Assembly: GCF_006345805.1 (NCBI RefSeq)
Contig: NC_042998.1
Coordinates: forward strand, 139,376,001 to 139,440,000
Origin: Octopus sinensis
Taxonomy: Eukaryota
DNA: 64,000 bases
Direction: 5' to 3'
Shown here: positions 14,425-25,375 of the stretch, piece by piece
Numbering within the stretch: the stretch's first letter is position 1
How the letters are laid out: each line of letters begins with the position of its first letter
The notes under the pieces: generated by a model
Told to the model about the DNA's origin: nothing
What the model saw: the letters and a program-made list of their open reading frames with translations, nothing else
Databases searched by the model: none
Translations under genes and position numbers: made by a program

Positions 14425-15247
14425 AATGAAATATTATTCTACTTTAATATGTACTATATTAGTAATTTTGAAAATTAATAAAAACTGTCTTCTTTTAAGA
14501 AATATATTTATAAAAGATATTTTATAACTGGTAGAAAATATCTTGATAATCAGAAGGTATTCCTCACGAACAGATTTTTGTATAAAATATAAATCGCATT
14601 CAATATGAATTCTACTCAATATGCCTCACGTGGTGAAGAGCATTAAAATTTGATTTGTATTTGTAATCTGAAAGGAAATGTTTTAAACCAGCCTAATTTC
14701 ATTCCAGTCACGAATTCTTATCGCTCAAAAATTGGCTTCTAGTATTAATAATTTATCAAAAGAATTTACAAAAGCACAGGTAGCACACTCTGAATATCAA
14801 TAGAGAGTGTGTGTGTGTGTGTGTTTCTACATACACATAAGATGCAAGTTTAAGAATAACAACAGAACATTTACTGATAGGGAGACTCAATAGCTGAGAC
14901 TGGTGTAAAATTTATGAAATTTAGGAGGACTAGGATTTTACTTATATATATAAACTTACATATCACACATTCTTACTATCTTCACTCATCATTCATCATC
15001 ATCGTTTAACGTCCGCTTTCCATGCTAGCATGGGTTATCAATATATGTTGGGTTGAAAATCTAACCCACATACAATGTAGAGTGTATATTTTTAAATATC
15101 AGCAAATGTATTTATATACATGTGTGTATAGACAAAAACACACATATGTATTCATCAATACATGCTCATATATATACTTCTTACAGCCATTGTTTTAGAA
15201 CCATGAAAGAAACAGTATAATAAAGTAAAATGAAGCATATACATATA

Positions 15248-15629
15248 CTAGCAGTATCGCCCGGCGTTGCTCAGGTTTGTAAGGGAAATAACTATAAAGC
15301 ATTTTTAGAGAGTTATAGCCAAAAAATAGCAAAAAAATGGGGAAAAAATGATGGTAAATTTTTTTGAGTTAAAAAAGGTGGAGTTGCGTCCCCTAGACGA
15401 TTTGTGGTTTGTGTTTCTGATTCTCGACCCCATGTCGAATTTATCGATTTTTTTCAGAACTGGGGGAACTTTTCAAAATTTTCGCTGCGTTAGTTTTGAA
15501 TTATGACATTGGGCTATGTGTGTGTCAAGTTTCATCAGAATCGGTTGAAAGCCGTGGTCAGGGTGAGGGTACAACCTAACAGACACACAGAAACACACAC
15601 AGACAAACTGCCGTTTATATAGAAAGAGA
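15248..15629 (-). mobile_element. Non-autonomous Helitron (382 bp)
   Basis: Canonical minus-strand ends: 5' A|TC at 15,629 and 3' CTAG|T at 15,248, with no TSD. Subterminal GC-rich hairpin (cgcccggcgttgctcagg on +) about 10 bp from CTAG; short (ACAG/AC)n near the 5' end. Many CpGs are retained, so the copy is young. Confidence 0.75.
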
Positions 15630-15873
15630 TTTATATATGCTCACATATACATATTATTTCTAAAGACAGAAATAAAAGTAAAATAAAGAATTTTAAAAAT
15701 GCATGCATATATCTTTTAGTATATGCATATATGTATACTTTTTACATTCAAACTATTTATAAAAACAGATAATAGAACATGAAACAGATAAACAGAATAA
15801 AACAATATACAGACATACAAGTAAAATAGTATACACCCACGTATGTGTGTGTGTGCGTGTGTGCAAAACAAAA

Positions 15874-16099
15874 AGGAAAAGTCAAGATAGAAAATGCTAA
15901 AATAATTTTATAAAAAACATTTCAGTACCGGTTTCAGTCATTGAGGCTTTTTCAACTGTAAGTATGGAAAACAATTTAATTTTTCCAAAATTTAATTCTT
16001 TTCCATACTTACAGTTGAAAAGGTCTCAATGACTGAAACTGGTACTGAAACATTTTTTTATAAAATTATTTTAGCATTTTCTACCTTGACTTTTTTTCC
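15874..16099. repeat. Near-perfect 225 bp palindrome (foldback/MITE-like)
   Basis: gtcaagatagaaaatgctaaaataattttataaaaaacatttcagtaccggtttcagtcattgaggctttttcaactgtaagtatggaaaa pairs with its downstream reverse complement with about 5-6 differences and a very small AT-rich loop. Confidence 0.9.
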
Positions 16100-17083
16100 A
16101 TATATGTCAACTTGTGTGTTCCTTTTCAACCTTATGTGTGTATATATATATATATATATCAGTTGAATAAAGTTAAAACATATCTGGCTTTCGTGGTTTT
16201 TATTATGGTATTTTTAAAATATATATATATGTGTGTGTTAAACATTAAAAAGATATTTTGTAATGTTCATAAAGTTCAATAAGCACTTTCAAATATATAT
16301 AGAGAGAGAGAGCATGAGAGAGAAAGTGAGAGAGACAAACACACATTTCTCTAACATACAGTTAACTGTTTTCAAAAGCATGAGACAAATACATACAATA
16401 TGACCAAGAAAGAAAGACTGAAGTTGGTTGAATGGATGAGTTTCAAACATTTTCACAAGACTGTAAAAGTATTTTTGCCTGTGGTTGCATCTTATAACTC
16501 TCTCAAAGTTTATCTGCACATATGAAAATACATAGGACTTCCTTGGAACAGAGATTGCAAGGCCTTAAAGACATATTACATGGATATGCATTTTTTATTG
16601 CCATCCATGTGATGTATTGTGCTCTACTTTCCTTAAGAGACAAGGAGACAGTTCATGAATACTGAAATGGTCGGTCTTCACTACTTTATTGCTTTTCAGT
16701 TTGTTTTGAACTTCCTTCCTTATAATCTGACCATTGAGACAGAACGGTAATTTATAGCCAACCTGTTGCTAATTTTTCCTCCTGATGAAGGAAAGCAGTC
16801 TTAGAGCAATCTTTCTATGCGACCATTTACTGGTTGCATATCCATGACATTTTTGCACATTACATCTGCTAATTATAAAAATTCCGACTATTACGTAATT
16901 CTGAACTCCCAGAAACAGCTGTTGAGTTAAAAAAAAAAACTATGCATTCTACCCTTAGTTTTGTGTAGTTTTTTTATACTGTGTGTGTAAAAGTAAATTT
17001 ATTTATCAATATATATAAATATCTAAATGTTTGTAGAGACATATTTATCTTCTGAATATATATATATTTTTTGCATGTATGAA

Positions 17084-17132
<49 letters not shown>

Positions 17133-19320
17133 ACACACACATATAGAGATACAGACGCATACATGCATGCATATATAGACACACACATATAAACATGTAT
17201 ACACATATATACATTTCAAATATAGATGTTTAGAAATTTTAGTTCATTTGCTTCAATGAAAGGGAATGAAAGTAATTAGTAAATTTGTCTTTTTAATGTT
17301 TCACACAATCAGCATGATCTAAAATATGGAAAAAAAAATTCCATAACCAGAAATAAGTATTACAAGAAACACAATGTGTGTATGCACGCGTGTGCACATG
17401 TGTGTATGCGTGCATCTGTATGTGAGCGTGCACATGTGTTTAAAAGCTTTCCAAAGAGAGGTAAATAGATATTGAATGAAATAAATCAATAACCATTCAA
17501 GTGAACAGTTGAACAGCAAGAATATAATTAACATTATATAATGGGGAAATAAAAAAACAAGACAAAAAACAAAAACCAATTCTCTCTGGGTGTATGTACT
17601 TGGCAATGTTCATTGTCATCAATACAATGACCTGAACCGATAGCAATCATATTAAGAATTGTACTACAATTCACAACTACTCACTGAAACAAGTTTACCT
17701 TTTCACACAAACAGTAATTAAAGATGGTCTGTTTGTTTTGTGTTTGTTAATTTGTTTATTTTTTCTGTTGTTGTTTTAAGTTAGCTCAGACCTCAAGGTC
17801 AGTAATGTCACATTGAAGCAAACACCATCAATATTCTGATACATTCATATGTTTTTGACAAGACTCAAATTTTCTTAAGGATTAAGTTATTAATGAGTCA
17901 TAGCAAACTGTTTGGGGATAGCTTTAGACTTTTTTTTTTTTTTTTTTGCTTTTTCCTAACAATTTCAGGTGCAGGTATAGCTGTACAGTTATTAAGTCTG
18001 CTTCACAATCACATGATTTTGAGTTCAGTCCCATTGTGTGGCACTTTGGGCAAGTGTCTTCTACTTTAGTTCTAGACAAACCAAAGCCTTGCACATGGGT
18101 TTGGTTTCAGACAGAAACTAAAAGAAGACTGTCATGTGTGTGTGTGTGTCCTTGTTTTGACATTGTGTCACTCTAAGTGTATGTTCTTCATTTTCAAACT
18201 TCCGTGAAAACATACTCAACTAAGGTGAAGCATTATCATATTTGGAAACAAGTGAGAATTGGTAACATGGAAAAGTGAATGCTAAAATGATGTTTCTAAT
18301 TTAGGCACACAACCAGTATTTTAGAGGGATGGATTTAGCTAATTATATTGATCCCCCAAGAGAAATTATATTTCTTTTTCATTTCCAGACCATACAGGGA
18401 ATTCTGACCAGCAGCCATAAAATCTACTATCTAATTCCAGCTACTTACTGAAATATATATGAATGAAGAAACAACCTACTGCTGGAACTAATAGAAGACA
18501 TTATCGTTAACTATCTATAAGCTGAGAATATTTTACTGAACTTACATTGGCATCTACATAAGCCTAATAATTTCAAGATACATATCTGGAGAAAGAAAAG
18601 TGCTAAACTGCCAAAAAATGGATTCTGAAACCATCAGACTGTATTCAACAAAATTAATGATTGACAGACTATACAACATTACCCCCAGACCATACCAGTA
18701 TATAATTATGTTAAACATACAAGTCCTCCCTAATACCAACATCACCACAATGCAACTGAATAACAACTTATTCACTGCCCCATGTCTATTCACTTAAGAT
18801 AACCAAACAACAATGCAAACATTGATTACACATGATTCCCATACACTTTAGCATTGAAGGAAAAAAAAAGAGTGAGGGGGAGGGGGAGAGAAAACCTCGA
18901 AGTGAATCATTTAAGGAATTTAAGACAGTTTAACGAGTTAACACACAGATGAGAGTAGGCAGTTTTATTGTTGACAGTGATGAGTTGATGAAGTAATTGT
19001 CAACGGTTGTTAGATTACAACCACTCAAAATACCTAATAGACTAATTCAGAAAATAGAGAGGCAGAGGTCAAGTACATGGGTATTTCTGCAGAGCCATTT
19101 TAGAGCACAGAGAAATGATGAAAACTTTAGCTATTTGAGTAGTGTAGTGTCAAGGTCAATAAGAAAGGTCAAAAGTTAATAGCTTTATAACTTGAAATGT
19201 TAGCAGAATCAAGACTCTCCTATGCAAACAATGTAAAATATTTTGAAAATAAGTGAAAATAATTAGAATACAATCTGCTAACAAAAGAACACAAACATAT
19301 ATGTTATACATTTTTATAAA

Positions 19321-19536
19321 TTAACCCACTTAAGGCTGCCCCTTGATTCTATGAGATATACTGTCTGTTTTGAAGTAATCTAAATTAAAATCTTCCACCA
19401 AAATTATATGTTAATTTATGTTCCAAAAACCAGCTTGATAATGACATAGTTACTTAGCTAAATTTTTCATTATTTTAAAAATTAGTTGAAACAAAGGCAG
19501 TGTATTTCAACAGAAATATGGTAACAAAAAGGTTAA
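19321..19536. mobile_element. TTAA-flanked MITE, family B (other copies about 1,875-2,050, 13,020-13,215, 26,352-26,562, partial 45,025)
   Basis: ttaaccc...aagtaatctaaattaaaatcttccaccaaaattatatgttaatttatgttcc...gaaacaaaggcagtgtatttcaacagaaatatggtaacaaaaaggttaa is shared by all copies. Confidence 0.75.
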
Positions 19537-19989
19537 ACGTATTTTTACCATGGCCTAATCTAATTAACACATCCTTTCAGAAATAAAAGATGGGTAGGAC
19601 AAGTATTAATTAGCTTGATTGGTATAATTTAAAATAGAGTTTAGCTAGGCTGATATATGATAACTATTAATAATAGTGGTTGAGGAGATAATGACAATGA
19701 TGGCAGTTGTAGTAGAAATGATGATATGCAAATAAGGAAAGTGGTGGGAGACAATAAAGCAAAAAAACAGAAAGTAGAGAATGACTTAAATTGGATATCA
19801 TTTACAAACATTTTCTTCTTTCACATGATAAATAAACATTTAGTGATTTGCTATCAATAGTTTTGTGATTTCTACTCAGAAAATGTTGAGGAGTTCTTTG
19901 ATGACAAATTGTATAAGTGAGACTTAGAATTTTTTTTATTGTAATAAACTTATTAATGACAACTTTCCTTTCTCTTTTGATCTTTTAAA

Positions 19990-21150
19990 GATCAATAAAA
20001 TGTGGGTCAGAGCAAGATCTTTCAACACATTCTGCAATCTGACAGAAAGCCTATAGATGGACAGAGCCTATTGGTAGGCAGTCTTACCAGATTTGTGTGC
20101 CAAATGTAATCACATGCTTTGCTGATGTTAAGTACAACACCACTATTAGAAAATTACTATTTTTAAATCTCACAACGAGAGATATTCAGCAACAGTACTT
20201 TGGAGTAAAGATTGTTTGCCAACATAACATGGCAGTCCTGATCTAGGACGAATGTTGTTGTAATTTAGCCCCAGATCAGTGACTAGCTGTCACTTTGAAA
20301 CTATATATTTCGAACAGGAATTTGGCAGCACCACCTCTAGCCAAACAATTATTGTGCTGATGAAAGGAAATAACCTGGAAATCTGAGTGGGGTGCTAGAT
20401 TCCCTTGTTCCAAAATATAAGGACACAGATCATGTCATGTAGCCAGCTAGAGACGATGTCTCCTGGGGCTAAATTACAGCAACATTCATCCTAAACCAGG
20501 ACTGCCATGCTATTTTGGCAAACAATCTTTACTCCAAGAACACTATTTCCACCAAATTTCTTGAGGATAATGGCCCACAAGAGAGTAAGTCATCAGTAAA
20601 TCTGAACTTACAAAGGTTGTTCTGGTGGTCATTAAGAAGGAAGGACTTGAGGAGAAAATCACTAATCAGTGTATCACCTTTAAGACTTAAGATACCCCTG
20701 TCCCCAAATATTGGAATAGGACCCTATAAAGAGAAATATTGAAGAGCTTGAGGAGGATAAGGGCTAACTTTAAGGTGCATTGCCTGAGGTGAAGGGAGAG
20801 ATAGTCAGAACTAGTAACATAGCTAGTTTAAAGCAATGGTCAGCGACCTAGGTGCTAGCACTCCCCACTGAGTAATCAACTGGCCACAGTGAGGGGTTTG
20901 GCTCTTTGGAGGCAATGGATGGGCATAGAGCTTCAGAGCAGTTGATAAGCATTTGATTTGATACCCATAACTTTTAAATAAGGGTAGAACTAGCCATGAG
21001 CACATCAAGACTAATTCACCATTTCCCTATGAGTAAGTTAGCATACAGCAGTAATGTCAGCTAAAGAAATCAATTGTGTTAGCAGCACGAAAAATAACAG
21101 GTTTACTGATGAAGAGTGAAGCATTTTTACTTCTCTTCAATGTGCCCACT
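19990..21150 (-). mobile_element. Highly decayed CR1/Jockey-group LINE reverse transcriptase remnant, interrupted by a MITE
   Basis: Minus-strand translations HQNNLCKFRFTDDLL (about 20,590-20,640) and VVLNISKACDYIWHTNL (about 20,088-20,140) resemble RT motifs HQYGFR..STGDLL and V.LDISKAFDRVWH. Many stops and frameshifts. Confidence 0.5.
20193..20544. mobile_element. MITE with about 80 bp terminal inverted repeats
   Basis: ttggagtaaagattgtttgccaacataacatggcagtcctgatctaggacgaatgttgttgtaatttagccccag (20,199-20,274) is the reverse complement of 20,463-20,537 with a few transitions. Confidence 0.75.
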
Positions 21151-21761
21151 TGAACTAAAGTTGTAACAGAAACAACTATGATAAGAGAAATGAAAGACAA
21201 AGAAAATATGTATTCTCACTTCAGTTTTACATCATTGTGCATATAACTGAATATTGTTTTTTTTTATAGTAATTTTCCCATAAGTTTCAAAAAAAAAGTT
21301 ATCTCTCAGTTATTCTCCATTGGGTATGAGAATTTATTCAATCACCAACAGATGCTTGTCTTCTAATATGTCATTTTAATCAGACATTCTCGAACAAGGT
21401 TAGTAAACCAGGATTGTGTAACCATTTAAGCAAAATTCAGGGACAAAAAAGTTAACCTGGTTGAATATTTCAGGATTTCTGAGAAAAATTTGAAGGAACC
21501 AAAAAAAGGTAGAAAGAAACAATTACAATAAATTTTGCTGATACTGACCACTGCTTTTAACAGTCTAATAATATCATACAATATACCAGCAACCATACAC
21601 TACCACCAGCAGTAGATTCATTTAGTTGTATGGAAAATTCTGTCCACCAAACTGTCACAGTTAACCAACTATATACTATATGGGAATTATCTGTGATAGC
21701 TGTGGTGGGTGAGTGAGATTTTGTCAGCTGTGGAGTATAAAAATGGAGACAATGTACTGGA

Positions 21762-21970
21762 AAAATTCCTTTAAGTGCCAAAACCATCAAAAGTCACATT
21801 GTTGAAATGGCAGATGACATAAAAGGTCAGTTCATTGAAAAGTTTGGTGAACAGAATTTTCCATACAGCTAAATGAATCTACTGCTGGTGGTAGTGTTGA
21901 TTTACTAATGGCATGTTTAAGATATTTGGATAATGATGCATTTCAAATGGAAATACTTTTTACCAAAAAA
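21762..21970 (+). pseudogene. hAT (Charlie/ZBED5-SCAND3-like) transposase fragment
   Basis: KIPLSAKTIKSHIVEMADDIKGQFIEKFGEQ/FSIQLNESTAGGSVDLLMACLRYLD (one frameshift) matches the PLS..TI...I..MA.DI..QL......FS(L/I)QLDEST....LL...RY signature. Confidence 0.7.
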
Positions 21971-22002
21971 TAGAGATAAATACAAAGGCTGACTATGTTT
22001 AA

Positions 22003-22221
22003 CCCTTAACATTCAGATTACTCTGTCAAATGTAATGCTTCTTTATTCACATTGTTTTGAATTAATCATGCATTACCTCATAGTTTTGAGATTTTGATGA
22101 TGTAATAATTTATTTTTAGAATGACATTGTAGGGTAGGTGTGAGTGGCCATACTTGGCCAGTTTGAACATACAACAGGTAGAATATTTGTGCTGGATATG
22201 ACCAGTTTAAATGCTAAAGGG
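22003..22221. mobile_element. TTAA-flanked MITE, family A (piggyBac-like ends)
   Basis: TTAA at 21,999-22,002 and 22,222-22,225; short TIRs cccttaacatt / aatgctaaaggg. Confidence 0.75.
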
Positions 22222-22479
22222 TTAAACGTCCTTAATTTTTGACAGGAAGCAATATTTTCAGTGATAATATTATTATGCAACCAGTGATCTTCCCAATATG
22301 GCTGTCAATATTGGAGTTTAAAAAGTTCCAAATGCCATTGAGATACATTTGTAATTCATCAAGAACATTTTATCGCAAAATAACAGTCCAGACCGGCACC
22401 AAACATTTTACTTTGCAATGAAGATAAGATAAAAAGTTAAGCAAAATCTTTTATAATATTCCAACAACTGTGAGCTGAA

Positions 22480-22740
22480 AATGAGGAAGAATTACACAAG
22501 TCATTCCTTCAAACAAGAATACAATGACTTTTCAAGGGCAATTGCACGTCCCACCTTGTGAAATTAATTGATTGTGTGCAAAAATTTCTTCAAAGCGAGC
22601 ACTTAAAATTGATGGCAAAAAGTAACACACTCAACATGACAAGGAATCCCCACCACCAACGAAAATTAATGGCAACTGCAGATTCAGGAACAGAATGTGA
22701 TCCTTATTGAATATATTGAACACAGCATTAGACCTTGTGA
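22480..22740 (+). mobile_element. Possible Mutator-like (MULE) transposase C-terminal remnant
   Basis: Frameshifted translation TSHSFKQEYNDFSRAIARPTL*KLIDCVQK loosely resembles TNN..EGWH..F......HPTLWKLI..LQK. Confidence 0.3.
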
Positions 22741-23572
22741 TGACCCAGAACCAAAAATCAATGCATCAACAGTGTCAAAACTGAGAGAGAGAGAGAGAGA
22801 GCAGCTTCAAATACACAAAGAGAAAAATACAGATAAAAAGTGAACTAATATAAGTAAAATGAAAGGGGCAGATGGAACATTATTTTCCTCACATTAACAA
22901 TTAATAACTGGGAAAATGTTTAAGCAATCTATAAATATACTCAATAGTTACAGGTCAATAAAAGCTAAAGTAAATCTGTTGATATTTTTTACAAGCACAC
23001 ACATTTCTGAATTATTGGACTCTTGTTGCTTCAATGAATGAGGGTTCAGTAGGACACAGCTGTACAGTGTACTCTTCAATGTTTTGCCATGTCATCTCAA
23101 GTTGAAATTCAGACCTATCCAGGATTTGCAGGCATTGCAGTAGTGGCCTCGGTGATTTGGGGGCATACTGAACCCAGCACTATGTGGGTCATTTTTCTGC
23201 CACTCTCTGTTGATTTTGGCTGCCTCAAAATCAGAGATGGTTTAATAGCATGACCTTCTCCACTAACTTATATCAACAGAAAGAAGAGCAAGTTCTGACC
23301 TTCACAGAACAGAAGTGAAAAGCTCCAAATAGATATCTTTGCTTACATGACCTCATATTTATAGAAGGAAAAAGAGATTTTATTAACAACTTTTTTTTTT
23401 CCAAAGCCTCAGCAGTATAACTCAAGTGAAATAGTTAGAAAGCAAAATCAAATTGGTTTGCAGATTCATCTGGGAAATATCACTCCAATATTACTATATA
23501 CTTGCAATTGTAAATCTAAATAAATACTAAATGATATGCTCATTAGTTTTAGTTTGTTGCAAGCATCATTGT

Positions 23573-23645
<73 letters not shown>

Positions 23646-25161
23646 CAGCATGGAAGGCAGACATTAAACGATTATATATATATATGATCTGTTTTTTGTA
23701 TTGGATGCATGTCACCACCGTGAACCGCTGCATCATGCACTTTAAACATATAGCATGAACGAACTCACTTCAAACTATATATTTATGAACTTTATGATGT
23801 CTGACACCGTTGTGTATTATAAATGAATTTCTTGTGATTGATAGCATGAACTATCTTTTTTTATATATAACTTCTTTTGATAAGGTTCATTTCAGGAACT
23901 GAAACATGTTATAATGTATATATAAAAATTAAAAATTGTATAATATAGCAGCATTTTCAAACTTCATTTTTTACAAATATATATATATATATATATATAC
24001 AGAGAGAGAGAGAGAGAGAATTGTATATGGTTGTACCCTATACAATTATATATCTCTATAAATGTATTTTGCCAAAAAGGTTTTTATATGCTGGCTACTG
24101 ATAAAATTCATTAATTTTAATCATTTTATCCTCTAATTATACACACACACACACACACACACACAATGTATGTACAGACATGCACCAAGCTGATAAGGTT
24201 TCAAAAAGCACAATTCTTTAATAAATACAGTATATAAATTGATACCAATTTCTGGAAACCACAACACACACTTCAAAAATATACATACACAGTATGCATA
24301 TGTAGCAGAAAACAAACTTTACCACATGCTTAAATACAGCAAACCAGGGAAATACATTTAGCAGCAGCTGTCGTAGATGGTCAATGACCTTCTGAATTTT
24401 AACTTCCCATCTTGTTTGCCTTATATAAATATGTGGGGGCTAACCTTGATTAGCATAGTAATATACACCACAATACATAACAAGACTAACTGAGAACAAC
24501 TGTGGCATTAAGATGAGGAGGTTATTAACTTGTAGATGATAAATTAGAAGTCATTAAAAGGATGTGAACATTATGACAGTAGAACAGAATGAGACTGGAG
24601 AACGAATGAAGAAAAAGTACAAACAATTATAGGATGACTATAAAAGAAAAGGGTGAAGCTGAATCAACTTCAGGTACACAAACAGGAAAAGAAATGAGAT
24701 ATTTTGGTAGCCATACTTTTTCAAAGACTTTAACAATTAAAAAAAATCAGACTAAAATCAAGCTAAAAGATTCATCTGAGAAATATCAGCCTCCAGTATT
24801 ACTATGCAGTCCCCCTATACAGTTACAATTGAAAAGGAAAAGAAATAGCATAAGAATTGAAATCAAGCTTATATATCATTTTATGTCTACTTTCTTACTG
24901 GCAAGGGTTAGATGAGTTAACACAGTCCAGGTCAGTTATTTGGAGTTACTGCCATCCTAGACATGGTTAAGGGGATCATGTCTTGCACAGATAGCAGCTT
25001 ACTTTGGCATGTTTTTTATAGCCTTATACCCTTTCCAACACTATCTGTTTGGTAAAATGTACCCAGGTAGATTATATTACAGCACCAGCACTAGTGAGGT
25101 TGCTTTAAATTCTGCAAATTGATTACACATACATATGTACCATATTATGTGTGTGTGTGTA

Positions 25162-25196
<35 letters not shown>

Positions 25197-25319
25197 TAGT
25201 TCAAATTTACAGAAAACAAAAGATGAAGAAAGGTGAGTAAACATGAAGCAGGTGTTATAGTTTAACACGCAGGATGAATGGAAAAACTTTGATGTTTCAA
25301 GGTGTAGGAATTAACGGTT

Positions 25320-25375
<56 letters not shown>

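Noticed and set aside
14612-14667. Possible terminal coding exon (strong acceptor ttcctttcag, YKYKSNFNALHHVRHIE*)
   Set aside because: No recognisable homology or nearby polyA signal, and CpG retention spans both sides of the acceptor, which fits a regulatory islet better.
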